64,000 nucleotides of DNA, from the NCBI GenBank assembly GCA_000388065.2, contig KB932201.1; one strand, given 5' to 3'. A program made the translations under genes and the position numbers. Positions 35,601 to 48,495 of the stretch are shown piece after piece. The DNA is from Fonticula alba ATCC 38817. Lineage: Eukaryota; Protista; Nucleariida. The notes beneath the pieces are model-generated. The model saw only the letters and a list, made by a program, of their open reading frames with translations, did no database searches and had not been told where the DNA came from. How positions within the stretch are numbered: the stretch's first letter is position 1; every line of letters begins with the position of its first letter.

Positions 35601-36343
35601 GCGGGCTCGGGAGCGGGCTCGGGAGCGGGCTCGGGAGCGGGCTCGGGAACAGGCTCGGGAGCAGTAGCAAGCTCAGTGGTAGACTTGGCGCTAGGTCCAG
35701 TGGTGGGCTCGGGCTGCGATTTGCCCAGAGAATCCGTGGAAGTCTCGACCAGAGAAGGGTCGGAAGTGGTCTTGGGCGGTGCGGCCAGGCCGCGCTCGGT
35801 GGATGGCTCGAGCGCGGGAGCAGGCGTGGGGGCGAGCTCCAAGCCGGACGCCGGGGAGGGCTCGGCGATGGGCTCGGCAGGGGCCCTGGAAATGGACTGG
35901 ACATCCGTCTCGGCAGCAGGCTTTGGCGCAGGGCCGGCAGACTGAGCGACGGCGAGATTTGTCACAGACACGGCAGCAGACCCACCTGAGGGCTGAGAGC
36001 AAGTCCCACGGCGGGCGGGTGATGTGTGCTCAGACGCCAGCTCTGGCGCGGGCGCCGATGGGGGGACGGCGCCGGTCGTTGCCGGAGGCTTGGAGACAGG
36101 CTGCGACTTGGCTGACGGTGTGCCTGGGGCCGGTGATCCAGAGGCCGATTTCTCCGGCAGGGAGGAACGGCCAGTGCCGGTGCCGCTGAAGGATGTGTGG
36201 ACCGAGCTCTTTGGCGACCCTCCCGGCGAAGATCCCGTCCGGGCATTGTAAGCCAGCTCCGTGGAATTGCTTGCCTTGGCTAGCTGCTGGATACGGTCGC
36301 GCAGGGACAAAACCGGCTGCTCCGAGGGGCCAGGCGCAGACAT
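32650..36343 (-). CDS. ~1173-aa hypothetical protein: Pro/Ala/Glu/Thr-rich N-half and dispersed Cys/His (PHD-like) motifs in the C-half
   Basis: Exons 36343..34863 and 34690..32650 are joined in frame by a phase-2 intron (CCC GG|gtttcc...ctcgtag|T TCG). Motifs: CDVC, CQCCCSIRHVSC, CRVC, CLCECGQHGRC. Confidence 0.7.
35588..35659. repeat. 12-bp coding tandem repeat (AGCGGGCTCGGG) x5 plus 1 variant, encoding (PEPA)n
   Basis: Direct reading. Confidence 0.95.
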
Positions 36344-38100
36344 GGCGATGGGGCGACCAACACCCACGGAGGCGAGAGCAAGCGGGAATGTGGATGTGGG
36401 AGGGGGAGGGAGGAAGAAGAGGGGCGCGGCCGGGGGGGGGGGGCGAGAAGGGGAGCCCTGCGCGCCGCAGGGCCCCCCGCCGGGGCGGGGTTTTAGAGAC
36501 CTGCCAGAAGATGCGACCACATGCGCCCGCGCGTGCCGGGTGGCGACGCCTCACCAGCGCCCAACAGGCAGCTCGAGGGGCAAGAGCTGCGGCCCCTCTC
36601 TCAAGCAAGGGTGTATTTGTGAGTTTGTCCATGTGCGCGAGAGGGGGGAGAGGATGGGAAGGAGGGGGGAGGGGGAGGGAGGGAGGAAGGAGGAAATAAG
36701 GGGGCGGGGAGGGCAAGTGGGAGAGAGAGAGAGGTCGTGGAACTGGCCCCGTTTGCCCGAAGGGACTTGGATAGAACATGGTCCGGAAAAAAGGCCCCGA
36801 TCCGGTCCCAAGCACGAAGCGCAGCAACAGCCCGCGCCCGGTCACATCCCCCCCCCCCCCACTCAGACCTCAGCCCAGACTCTCCATTTCGCTCATCGCG
36901 CTACATCATCCCCCCCCCCCCACGGAGGGGCCGAGAATGCTGGCCCTGCCGGATTCGGTTAAAGGACCGGACGAGCAGGGGAATGCCCCGCACGGGCAAT
37001 GGGGGCGGGGGAATGCCGCGGCCGCAACTCCCAGGCCCAGTGGGGTGTGGGGCGGGGCAGAGCGGGGCACGGGCCAGATCGGTTCTTCTGCCTGCGGACC
37101 CCTGCACGCGTGAAAGGCCACGCCGGCTTGACGCCGCTCTCCGGCGTCCCCTCCAGCCTCCCTCCGGCGCGCGAGAAGGGGGGCAGGGCCGGGCGGAGGT
37201 GGCGGCGGCCCCTCGCCATATGGGGGGTTGATGGCAGAGCGGTCACGGGCCCGGGCTCGCCTGCCTGGCTGCGCCTGGTCTTGGCCGGGATTTCCCCTGC
37301 CGCCTGTCTCGACCGGCTCTCGGGCTGCGGGCCAAAGGCAACAAATGCGCCCTCCGCGAGCAAGCCCGGGTGCGTGTATTTCATTCTAGGGCAATAATGT
37401 GTCGAGGGCATTGTGTGTTGTGTGTACTGTGTTTTGTATGGGTGTGAGCGAGGGCGCATTATCGACCGCATGAATGAGCGGATATGTTGTTATTTGGGGT
37501 CAGACTTGTCCTCTGCAGAGTCGGGCCGATGAAAGACGGCCAGCGCAGGGCAACCCGGCCCGGGGCTCGGGGCCTTTATTCGCCAATATTTATTTCTCAT
37601 TTGATGTGCGTCGTGCTCACGCCCCTTTTCCACCCGACCCGCTCGATCACACTCATTCGCACGCATGGATGATATCTGCCCCCCCNNNNNNNNNNNNNNN
37701 NNNNNNNNNNNNNNNNNNNNNNNNNNNNNNNNNNNNNNNNNNNNNNNNNNNNNNNNNNNNNNNNNNNNNNNNNNNNNNNNNNNNNNNNNNNNNNNNNNNN
37801 NNNNNNNNNNNNNNNNNNNNNNNNNNNNNNNNNNNNNNNNNNNNNNNNNNNNNNNNNNNNNNNNNNNNNNNNNNNNNNNNNNNNNNNNNNNNNNNNNNNN
37901 NNNNNNNNNNNNNNNNNNNNNNNNNNNNNNNNNNNNNNNNNNNNNNNNNNNNNNNNNNNNNNNNNNNNNNNNNNNNNNNNNNNNNNNNNNNNNNNNNNNN
38001 NNNNNNNNNNNNNNNNNNNNNNNCCCCCCCCGGCCCCGTTGCGCCCCGTTGCGCCCCCCCCCTCTTCTTCTCGGCCTCCGACTCCTCTCCTCTCGCCAAA

Positions 38101-40162
38101 ATGGGCGCCCCTGATACGCTCCGGTCCTTCCTGCCGGATGACCCGGCTGAGTTGACCGAGGTCGTGGTCCCGAATCTCCGGCGGGCGGATGTCGATGCCT
38201 GCGCCACTGGCGCCTGGTCTGTGGGGCTGGCCTCCCTGCAGGTCCCCTCCCTGGTGGTCCCCCTGTCGCGGGTCTTCATCAGGGGCTTCCTCGAGTCGCA
38301 CTCGCTGTATGTGCCATCGGCCGGGGAGATGGCCGAGTGGCCGGCCCCGGCTCCGGCCTTTTCCGCGGCCGATCTGGACAACACCGATGCCCTGTGGGAG
38401 GCGGACCAGGCTGGTCGGTCGACCGAGGAGCTGCAACTCCTGGTCCGGTCTCACGTTCGCGCGGTCTTCCTGGCCGTGCAGGAGGCCATCGCCTCGCTTG
38501 GCGGTGCTGTCCTGCCAAAGCTCAATTGGAGTTCTCCAAAGGTTCGTCGTCTCCCTCTCGCCCTCTTCCCCGCTCTCGGCTTGCTCTGTGGGCTGCCCGT
38601 CTCGCTGGCCGGCTGTTCCACATGGTTTTCCTGACCCCTTGAGGACTCCCCTCCCTCCTCTGCTTGCTCAATCGGCCCGCTCAATCGGCCCGCTCAATCG
38701 GCCCGCTCAATCGGCCCGCTCAATCGCCCAGGACTCCACCTGGATGCTCCCCAACCAAACACTCAAGTGCATGACTGCCGAGGATGTCTTCCTGCTGCTG
38801 GGAGCCTCGGATTATGTCAGCCACGACATCCTTCATCCGTATGCGTCTCCCCTTGCCTGTGTGCCGGTGTCCTTGGCTGAGTGGCCCTGCCTTGTTTCTG
38901 ACCTGCACCTGTGTTGCCATCTGCCTGGCTGTTTGATCGACAAGCTACGATGCCTGTGACGATTTCGAGGGCGGGCCCGTTCGGCCTCTTCGCCTGTCGT
39001 TGACCCTGCGAGCCTGGCGGGTGTTCCACGTGGCGCGTGAGTTCCGGTGTTTCGTGAAGAACCGCCGCCTCATTGGTGCGTCCTGTTTCTCGATGCATCT
39101 CCCCTCTGCTCCCCTCCTGGAGCCCCCCCCCCCCCCCCCGCCCCCCTTCTCTGTTCTTCCTCCCTGCTGACTTGTTCTCACTCGTCTCCTTTGTTTGCAG
39201 GGATCTCCCAGCGTGACTATGCCACGCACTATGACTTCCTGGGCGCCGAGCGCATTTCCATTGTCGAGGCAATTGTCCGCTTCTTCTATAGCAAACTCTG
39301 TCTCGCGCCGGCCATCACGATCGATGACTGTACGTTGGTTCCCTTCTCCTTCTGATACGGATCACCTTTTCTTCGCTCACCGGCGCAAATGCGCTCCTTC
39401 TGTCTCTCTCTCTCTCTCTCTCCATCTCTCCTTCTCCTCGTCGCTCCTCTGCTGCGTGTTGACCTCGACACTGCCACAGTCGTCTTCGATGTTTTCATCC
39501 CGGAGTCCTTCAAGCGATGCATTCTTGTCGACATCGCGCCCTACGCCACGGTTACCGAGCCTCTCCTCTTCAACTGGACTGAGTTGACACAGGGTACACA
39601 TTCTCTCGCCCTCTCCTTGACCCTTTGCTTCGCCACTCTGGCCTCGGCCAAGATCGATGCACTAGCCTCTGACTGTGGCTTGTCCCCGCCCCCCCCCCCC
39701 CCCACCACGCCTGTTTCACGTGGCACAGCGGTTGTTCCCCCGAAGGAGGATCTCGAGCCCTTCATCCACCCCCCCCTCACTCGGGATGACGACATTCCGC
39801 CCGAGGTGTGTTCCGATTTCCTTTACACAGCCGTTCTCTCTCTCTCTCTCCCTCTCTCTCCCTCTCTCCCTCTTCTCCTCCTGGTTCTTCTTGCCCTTGT
39901 TCTTCCCCTCCTCCTTCCCGCAAACCCATGCACTGACACGCTACTCAAGCTCCTTGAGCCGGTTATCCTCCGACTCTCTGGCACGGCGGTCGGAGTCCAG
40001 CCCGCGCGGGATACCTTCCTGTCGCGCGTGCCGAAGGACTTCATCGATGCCTCCATGGGCAGCATCGACATCAACGCCCTCGCCGATGCCTACCGCCAGC
40101 AGCTGCTGGAGTCTGATTCCTCCACCGACGAGGAGAGCGACCCGGAGGACGGGGACCAGTGA
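38101..40162 (+). CDS. CDC123: Cdc123 ATP-grasp eIF2 assembly factor (403 aa)
   Basis: Exons 38101..38541, 38732..38838, 38945..39075, 39201..39329, 39480..39593, 39729..39805 and 39950..40162. Motifs: LGGAVLPKLNWSSPKD, EFRCFVKNRRLIGISQRDY, FVFDVF, LLFNWTEL, RVPKDFID. Confidence 0.93.
38666..38731. repeat. 13-bp tandem repeat (GCTCAATCGGCCC) x4 plus a variant that ends in the intron-1 acceptor AG of CDC123
   Basis: Direct reading. Confidence 0.95.
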
Positions 40163-40613
40163 TCTGGCCCAAACAGACTGGCGAGTATCGTTGGCATCTG
40201 GGGGGCCCGGCGATCGCGCCGCAAGCACAAGCGCCGAACGGCACCACCCCCTCGGTTCAACGGGACAGAGCACCCCTGGCTGGGTGCCGGCAGGGATGCG
40301 GTTCGGAGCTCCTGTTTTCGGGGAAGACCCGGCGGGTGGCCCCAAGATCCCCCCCCTCCCCCCTCGACACACCCCTCAATCCTGCAGGCCGCCATATCTC
40401 CACGGCCTGCCGAATAGATTTATAGACATTTTTCCATACCGCCTGCAGATCAGCCTCCTTTCGTCCTTCTCTATGCGCATACTCGGCCGGCCCTATCCCC
40501 GCCGGCCCCATCCCTATCAACCCCGTTTCATCCCATCCCCATCCCCCCCCCCTCTCTCTCTCTCTCTCTCTGCATGATCCACCTCTTCTTCGCCACCTCT
40601 TCATCAACGCGCC

Positions 40614-43600
40614 ATGGTCGAATCAGCCATGCTTCAGATCCGCGTGCTTGCGGTGGACTATATCCTCTCCCCGTGCTCATCCCCGGAGCCGGTGGCCGCG
40701 GAGGTATGTTCCTCTGCCTCGAGCGCCGGCCGTTTGCCCGTGGTCCGACTATTTGGCCGGGTGATGGGCCTCCGTGATGTGCGCCAATCGCCCGACGACC
40801 CACCCTCGTCGACCGATCCAGTGCTGGGAGCCAGCATCTGCATCCTTGTGCACGGGGTACGCTCCCGAGTAGACGCTCCCACCCCCACCCACTACTCAAA
40901 AGCACATTCCAATGGCATTCTTACTTCTACATTGGCGACAGTATTTGCCCTACTTCTATGTTCCCTACGAAATGCCCGGGAGTGGTGCCCCCGCCGAGGA
41001 GGAGCCCAGCATCTTGGACAGCGGTGCGCCACACTCGCCAAGTGCGCGTGGATTGCCCCCTTTGAAACTCGCGCGCGCGCATCTCCCTCTCTCGCTCTCT
41101 TTCCCTCTCCGTGTGTTTGTGCAGAGACACATGTCGATCTCTCTCTCTCTCTCATTGACATCATGCCATCCGGTGGTCTGGCATAGATGCCACACACCGG
41201 CACATTGGTGAATTCATGCATACATGCAATGAGGCCATGCGGGCCCTTGCCACCCGACAGCAGGGCCCCGCTGGGCGCCGGTCCTCGGCCGAGCCACTGC
41301 CCGCTGTGCATGCTGTTCACATCGTCCGAGGCTTCTCCTTCTATGGGTTTCATCATCGGGCAAGCCTGTTCATGAAGATCTTCATGTGCGTGGCCATATG
41401 GTGGACATCCCGCCTGCATGCTCGGGCCGCCATCCGCGCGCGCGCGCGCTCTTTTCTGACCATGAATCCCATTCTCCCCCTGAAGGGTGGACCCGCGCCT
41501 GGTTGCCGGCTTAGCGGTGTTGCTCAGCAGCGGGGCAATCCCGCCCGGCCGGATGCAACCTTTTGAGGTGCGACCTTGTGGCCCGTTGCCTGGGGGTCTT
41601 TTCGCTCCTTTTGGTGCCGCCCCAGCATGCCCTTTTCCCCATGTCCTCCGGTCTAATCGTGCAGGCCGCCGCGAGCAGGCACACATGGATTTTGTGTCGC
41701 GCTTCCACTTGGACGCCAGCATCGCCGGCGGGGGCCCGGTCGAGTTCCCCCTTCGCCGCTTGCAAATCCGTCGTGGCGGCGACCTGGTCAAGCGGCCCGG
41801 TGCCCGGCGGTCCCCCTGGCGCCCCGAGACACACTGCGCTTTGGAGATGGATTGTTGGTTTGGCGGTGCGCCACGTGCCCCTCGGGGATTTCCCCCCCTG
41901 TCGGTTGGGCCTCCATGCTCGAATCCGTCTGACGGGTTGATTGCCCTTTTCCCCCCTTGCGACACAGATATCCACCCGGTGGCGATGGAAATCGTCTCCG
42001 CACAGCCGATAGGCACCGGCGGCCGATTGGAGCCCGGATCTGCCACGCCCACACAGCGCCTGTCCGGAGCCGAGCGCCATGCCGTTGGCCAGCGCTGGCA
42101 TGGGAGCCGCCCTCCGGAGGCCAGCCAGCTGTTGCGCGACCTGCTAAAGCCCGGGGCCGAGCATGCCGGCGAGGAGGAGCAGCCGGCGGCCTCCCTGCGG
42201 CTGCCGGAAAGCCCATGCATGTCAGACACGTCGCAATCGCAGCTCGAAGACACTTTTGCCGGTGGCGGGCCCAACTCCGGGCCTGGGCCTTCGTCAACAA
42301 TGTCAGCATCATTCGCCGGATCCATGCCGGCGACCCCCTTTGCTCCCGGGTGCCCTGGTCGGCCCGGGCAGGTCCTCTTCACGGTGGAGGCTTCGGCCCC
42401 GAAGTCGGCGGCCCCAAGCTCCATGGTGGACATGGCCGCTGTGGCCCGGGTCCATGAGGGGCTCAGTCAATCGGTTCGGCAGCCGGTCGATGTGCGTATT
42501 TGCTCCCGTTCCCTGTCTATTTACCTCTCTCTTCCTCTCTCTCTCTCTCACACTCTCTTCCCCTCTTTGACTTTACCTCCCGTACTGAGCTCCTCTCCTT
42601 ATATCACCGATTCTCCTGGGGCCAGTCGACTGGGATCCCGCCAAACGAGCTGAGCCAGGTTGAGGTGATGTCCCTGCTCGACGCGCTGACCTGCCTGCTG
42701 GGGACGGCTGACGGTGGGACTTCCCTCCCTTTTGCGAGCGTCAGCAGCACTTCCTCCAGGAGCCCGACCGAGCGCCTATCCCCGTCGACTGGGCAAGCGG
42801 GCGCGATCGCCCTGCCGGTGCTTGCGCCAACCCGTCGTGCGATCCAACATCCGACACCAGCCACGGCCCTTTTGCCCGTGGCCACTAGCCAGCCCAGCCC
42901 CGTCGCTGTCGATGGATGCCTCCCTCCGGCACACTACTTTTCAGAGTATGTGCCCTCCCCTCCACCGGGGGGGAGGCNNNNNNNNNNNNNNNNNNNNNNN
43001 NNNNNNNNNNNATGGATGCCCCCCTCCGGCACACTACTTTTCAGAGTATGTGCCCTCCCCTCCACCGGGGGGGAGGGGCGGAGTTCCCCTGCCCTCGTTC
43101 TGTCCCGTTGCACCGTTCTGATCGTCCTTCCCTCCTTTGCATGCACATGTGCATCCGCCCCGGGGGTGGTCCCTGTCCCGGCTTCCATCGGCCATGGTGG
43201 TGCCGCCTGGCTTGGGCAGCGCCCGCGATCAGGCAGCAACACGCCGCCTGGGGCCGCTTTTGCCCTTCCACCAGCGGCAGCGACACCCCATCTGCCCAAG
43301 GAGATATCCGGCCGCAGATCGGAAGAGCGTCGTGTACTGATCGTCCTTCCCTCCTTTGCATGCACATGTGCATCCGCCCCGGGGGTGGTCCCTGTCCCGG
43401 CTTCCATCGGCCATGGTGGTGCCGCCTGGCTTGGGCAGCGCCCGCGATCAGGCAGCAACACGCCGCCTGGGGCCGCTTTTGCCCTTCCACCAGCGGCAGC
43501 GACACCCCATCTGCCCAAGGAGATATCCGGCCGCCATTGGACGATCGCCGGCGGTCCTGGCCCTGCCGCGACGTGGGCTTGCTCGCCGGCACCCAGTCCC

Positions 43601-44798
43601 GGCATCGTCCTCTGGGCCTCGCGCTGCCATGGCACCGAGCCTGGCTGCTCGTGCTGACACCCTGTCGCGCTCCTTTCGGTGGATCGATCCGCTTGTGTCG
43701 GCACTTGCCGCGCGGTCTGCCTCCGATGCCGGCTTGGCTGCTGTCCCGGGCACATCCCCGGCCGATGGCCCGGCGACGGGGGCTCTCCTTGTGGACACGG
43801 CCACCGGTTGCCTGTTGGTCAATGTGGAGATCATTGGTTCGCTGACGCATGGTCTTCTTGTCGCTCCTCGCTCGTGTTGGCCCTCCCTCGCCGTGGTCCT
43901 CTTCGCCCCTCTGACTCGGTGGCCTCCTCCTTTCCATCGGGCTTGTTGCGCATATTCTGTCCCCCCCCTCCCCCCCCCTCCCGCGCAGTCGACATGCGAG
44001 ATTCCCCCCCCGGCCAACACATCGCTCCGGATCCGCACATCCATCGGCTCCGGGGGTTTCTGGTCACAGCGGTCGGCTGCTCACTCGTGGCCCCGGCCCG
44101 ATCGATGGGCGACACACCGATATCCTCGGTGTTGCTGGCGGATGACCTGGCCGCCGCACAGTGCGTCAATCTCCGGCCAGCACACCCGCACCACGGGCTG
44201 GCCTTCCGTCTTGTGCGCCCGACGCCGGCGCTGACGGCCGATCAGGTGGAAGTGCACCTGCTCCGGGGATTTGTGGCACATATCCGCCAGCTGGATCCCG
44301 ACTTGTTGTGCTTCTTCGGCGACCGAGTCCAGATGCTGGGCCCCGGGGCCGGTTTTGGCTGGGCATGTGAGCGAGCCTGGGCACGCTTCGGTGCGCTGAT
44401 GCCCTTTCCCATGGGCCTTTGGCTTCAGCCCCTCCCCCTTCTCCTTGCTCCCTTCTTCGCCCTGTCTCTCTCTCTCTCTCTCTCTCTGCCTCTCGATTGT
44501 CTGCAATGGTGTATATGGCCCACTGGCTGACCCATTTGTCCAGGGCTTAATCTACCGAATGAGCTGGCTCGCGGGCCGGCCGGGCCAGTTTCACAAACCC
44601 CCCTGCCCTGGTCTTCCCCAATGCCGGGGGCCCAGCGCGTGCCTTTCCCCCGCCTGGCCGATGTCCGGGTGGCCGGGCGTCTGCTGCTGGACGTGCAGCG
44701 CCTGGTGGCTCGAGATACCGACCGCCTGGCGCTGCGTGATTACTCCCTCTCAGCGGCCACATTGCATCATCTCTCCGTCCGGTGTGTGTGTCTCTCTC

Positions 44799-44830
<32 letters not shown>

Positions 44831-47800
44831 GGTCTGTGGCTTTGGTCGTCGCTTTGCCCCGTTCGCCCTTGCCCCCTCGGGTTCGCAACAATCTCACCTG
44901 TCCTTCCATCAGCTTGCCCGCCCTGCCGCCATGGGTTCTGTGTCGCCTGCCGCTGGCAGCCGCTGGGGCGGCCCTGCTCCAGCGCTCACACGCCGTCGTG
45001 GCTCTCCTCCTGATGACCGGGGCATTGTCCGATGCGGCGGAGCTGGCTCGGACCCTTGGCACCCCGCTGGCCGCCATGTGCCAGCATACCCCACGCGGGT
45101 CCCAATATCGGGTGGAGGCTGTCCTGACCCGGGCCATGCGCATGGTCCCGCCGCGCAGCCCGCCCACTGGTCTGGCCACCGAGCCCCCGGCCTCGGAAGG
45201 GTACCTGATGCCGACCTTCCGACTGGCCGATGTGCGGCGACTGAGAGCCCCGGATGCCGGGCCGTTGGTTCTGCTGCCGGCTCGGCGGCTGTTTTCCTTT
45301 TCCCCGGTCAGGGCGAACCTGCCCACAGGGGCGGACCTCGCCACACCGGCGCATCCTCCCTCTTCCAGTGATGAGGACACCGATGAGGATGGGCGGGAAT
45401 CCAAGGGAGTCCGAACTCCCGGCACCATGCCGCCCGTGATAGATTCCACCCGGTGGGATGATGCCCCGGTGGCGGTGTTGGACTTCCGCAGTCTCTATCC
45501 CTCAGTGGCCATTGCTTATAATTACTGGTGCGTGGCCAGGGAAGAAAGCCGGGCGCATGAGGGCCCATGCTTGCCGCATGGGCACATTCGCATGCTCTCG
45601 CACCCTCTCTTTGTCATCTCTTCGCTTCCTCGCTTTCTCCCCTTGTCCCTCTCTGACACACCCGTGCTTCGGTGCCTCATTGCACGCATTCAATGATCGG
45701 GCTTCGGCACATTCCCCCCCCCCTCCATCGCATGGCCTCCTGGGAATTCGCAGTTACTCCACATGTCTCGGACGCCTGGATGACCTTCCGAAGCCCCTGA
45801 GCCAGGAGCCCACTGAGATTGCCTTTGGCTGCGGGACCTTGCGCACCCCGCCACCGGGCCTTCTCCGGGACCTGATGGATGCCGGGGCTCTGCACATTTC
45901 GCCGACCGGTGTCCTGTTTGCAGCGCCGGCCTACCGTCGCGGGGTGCTGCCTGTCCTGCTGGCATCATTGCTGCAGGCACGTCAGCGCGTCCGGCGGCGA
46001 ATGCGAGTCGCCCCGGGGCCGGAGTACGCACGGCTTGACGCGCGCCAGCGTGCCCTCAAGATGGTGGCCAACTTGGTGTACGGATACACCGGGGCCCGAG
46101 CCACCGGCCGGGCTCCCTGTACCGATGTGGCCGATGCCATTGTCGGCGCCGGTCGCTGGCACCTGGACACCCTGGTCGGGCAATTGCCGGGGCGCTTCCC
46201 CGAGGCGCGGGTCCTCTATGGGGATACGGACTCGGTGTTTGTGCTGGCCGGCGGCGGCCCCGCAGGCGGGAGCCCGGCTGCTCGCCTTCGGCGCGCCATG
46301 CGCCTCGGTGCTCGGATTGAGGCCCGCGTGTCGCGCGAGCTTCCCGCCCCCATGCGCTTGGTTCATGAAAAGGTATACTGGCCATGTGCGCTGGTGGCGC
46401 GCAAGCGGTATGCTGGTCGACGCTTTGATCCGGGCCCCCCATCGGCCACCGACGGCACCTCCGGCCTGCCAGCAGGCAGCCTGGAAAGCCGCGGCCTGGA
46501 GACCATCCGCCGGGATGCCTGTCCGGCCGCGGGGCGCATCTTGCATACGGTTCTGTGCTGGTTGTTTGCCATGCCCAATGACGGGGGCTTCACTGGAGCC
46601 GCCATTGCCGGGGTGCCGGCTTGCGCCTCGGCCCCGCTGCGGATGTGCCCCACTTGCGATCTTCCCCTGAAGCCGGTCTTCGGGCGGGTGTTGCCCCCGG
46701 TGGTGGCTTATTGGTGTGTTTGTGCCACCGGCCCGGGCGGCGCCGGCCAGCTGGACTTGTCCGACCTCCGGCGCTTGGTGGCCGAGGAGCTGACCCGCCT
46801 GGCGGGCTTCGCACGGAGTCCCCGGCAATCCGGCTACTCGCTGCATGACTTCTCCCTTGCCCAGCGGCTTCGTCCCGGCCGGGCTGGCGCCTGTCGTCTT
46901 CCGGGCCCCAGCTCGGCGGCCAGACAGCGCCTCCTGGCGGCAGATCCACGGGCGGCTCCCGCATTGGGGGATCGCTTTCCCGTGGTCATTCTCCGAGCCC
47001 CGGGGCCCGGGTCTCCGCGGGACTTTGCCCGGCTGTATGGCACTTCCTCGGCCCCCGGTCGTCGAGGGGACTTGCCCTTGGCCGCCGGGCCGATTGCCAG
47101 CCGGGCCATGCCCCTTGACCGGGCGCTGCGGCATGCCGACCACTTCGGGGGTGTGGACATGACCTACTACATTGAGCGGTGCCTCCTGCCGCCTTTGGCC
47201 CGGATTCTGTCGCTGGTGGGTGTCGGTGCGTGCCTTTCGGCCGCCAGCGGCCTTCTGTTTGTTTGTTGCATGGTGCTGAGACATTTCGATGCAGACATAT
47301 TTGCGTGGTACTCGGCCGTGCCGCGCCCGGTGGTGCTGGCGCCGCCGGTTGGCCAGGCACGCCGCCAGGGCACCCCGGGCCAGCGGCCATTGATGCATTC
47401 GGTGCTGGCCTTCATCGCGACTGGCCAGTGTGCGGGTGGCTGCGGGGAGACCACCACCACCGCTCGAGGTCTTTGTGGTAGTTGTAGCCCGGGCGCACCC
47501 GGCTCGGCCGGGCGCCAGCTCCGCGCGGCCAGCCGCTATGCAATGGCACAGCGCCGGGCAGATCGTGTGGCAGCCGAATTCCGCACCGCACAGGCTCGCT
47601 GCCGAGATTGCATGGGGCTTTGTTTGTCACCCTCACAGGAGGCGCGCCTGTTCATGGGCGGACTGCTCCAGGAGGAGATGCGCATCCCTTCGGCCGGTCG
47701 ACGTCCATGGGTTGACCTGGCTTGCGAGGCTGAGGCCCAGCCGGGCCGGCCGGTGCCCCTGATGTCGTCACCGGCCAGCGTGCCTGGCTTGATTGAATGC

Positions 47801-47917
47801 CTCAACACCGAGTGCGCCTTTCTCTACGAGGCACAGGCCCTCCTGGACCAATTGCAAGACAGCCTCGATCGGGCGAGAGAGCTGTGGCGCTGCGCAGCTG
47901 CATTTGAGGTGGCCTAG
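40614..47917 (+). CDS. REV3: DNA polymerase zeta catalytic subunit (~1794 aa)
   Basis: 13 exons with consistent phases: 40614..40856, 40942..41041, 41187..41385, 41486..41567, 41679..41865, 41968..42473, 42626..42945, 43439..43836, 43989..44390, 44544..44781, 44913..45527, 45754..47225, 47295..47917. REV3-type N-terminus (LPVVRLFG..VHG|YLPYFYVPY; GFSFYGFH), RGSQYRVE, pol B motifs LDFRSLYPS, LKMVANLVYGYTG and YGDTDSVF, and C-terminal Cys clusters. The exon 7/8 junction crosses assembly artefacts. Confidence 0.93.
43316..43336 (+). other. Illumina adapter sequence AGATCGGAAGAGCGTCGTGTA embedded in the assembly between two copies of a 198-bp segment (43118-43315 = 43337-43534)
   Basis: Exact match to the TruSeq adapter prefix. 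The flanks form a direct duplication. Confidence 0.97.
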
Positions 47918-48495
47918 GCCCCAGTGGAGGAGGCCCTTCTTCTGCCAGGGGGGGGGGGTCCCCTTGGCCGGGGAAGCAGGTGGGTCTTCGGAAAATCTAG
48001 GGGTGTATTGTCCCTCCTTTGTCAAGGGGAAAATGATGCCACCACAGAGCGGGCTACAACAGGATGGGGCGCCAGCTCAATGCCACGCATACACACACAC
48101 ATAGACACACGCAGGCACACACATACACACACACACACACACACACGGGGCGATGGCAGTGGTCGGTGGCCGAGACAGAGGGGGAAGGCAGAGGGGGAGG
48201 GAGATTGCACAAGGACAGTGTGGGGTGAGGGGGTAGGCCCAGGGGAAATGGGCAGGGTCGTCTTCTTCTCGGTCCTCTTCTTCCCTGTCAGCACCGGCGC
48301 CCAGGCTCGGGAGTGGGTGCGGATGTGGGCGGTGCACATGTACATGTGTGTGTGTGTGCACATATGTGAGCGTGGGGGGGGGGGGATATATCCAGTGGAC
48401 AGCCGGAAACAGGGTGCCGAGGGAGGGCCGCACGGCTGCTACGGCTGTCGCTTGCCCGGGGCACGTGGGGAGGGGGGGGGGGGTGACACGTTCAT

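Noticed and set aside
43118-43534. 198-bp tandem duplication inside REV3 as exon duplication
   Set aside because: The copies are separated by an exact Illumina adapter, so this is an assembly artefact.
47226-47294. Hydrophobic TM-like stretch (GACLSAASGLLFVCCMVLRHF) in the REV3 ORF
   Set aside because: It is an in-frame 69-nt GT-AG intron; removing it restores LVGVDIFAWY.
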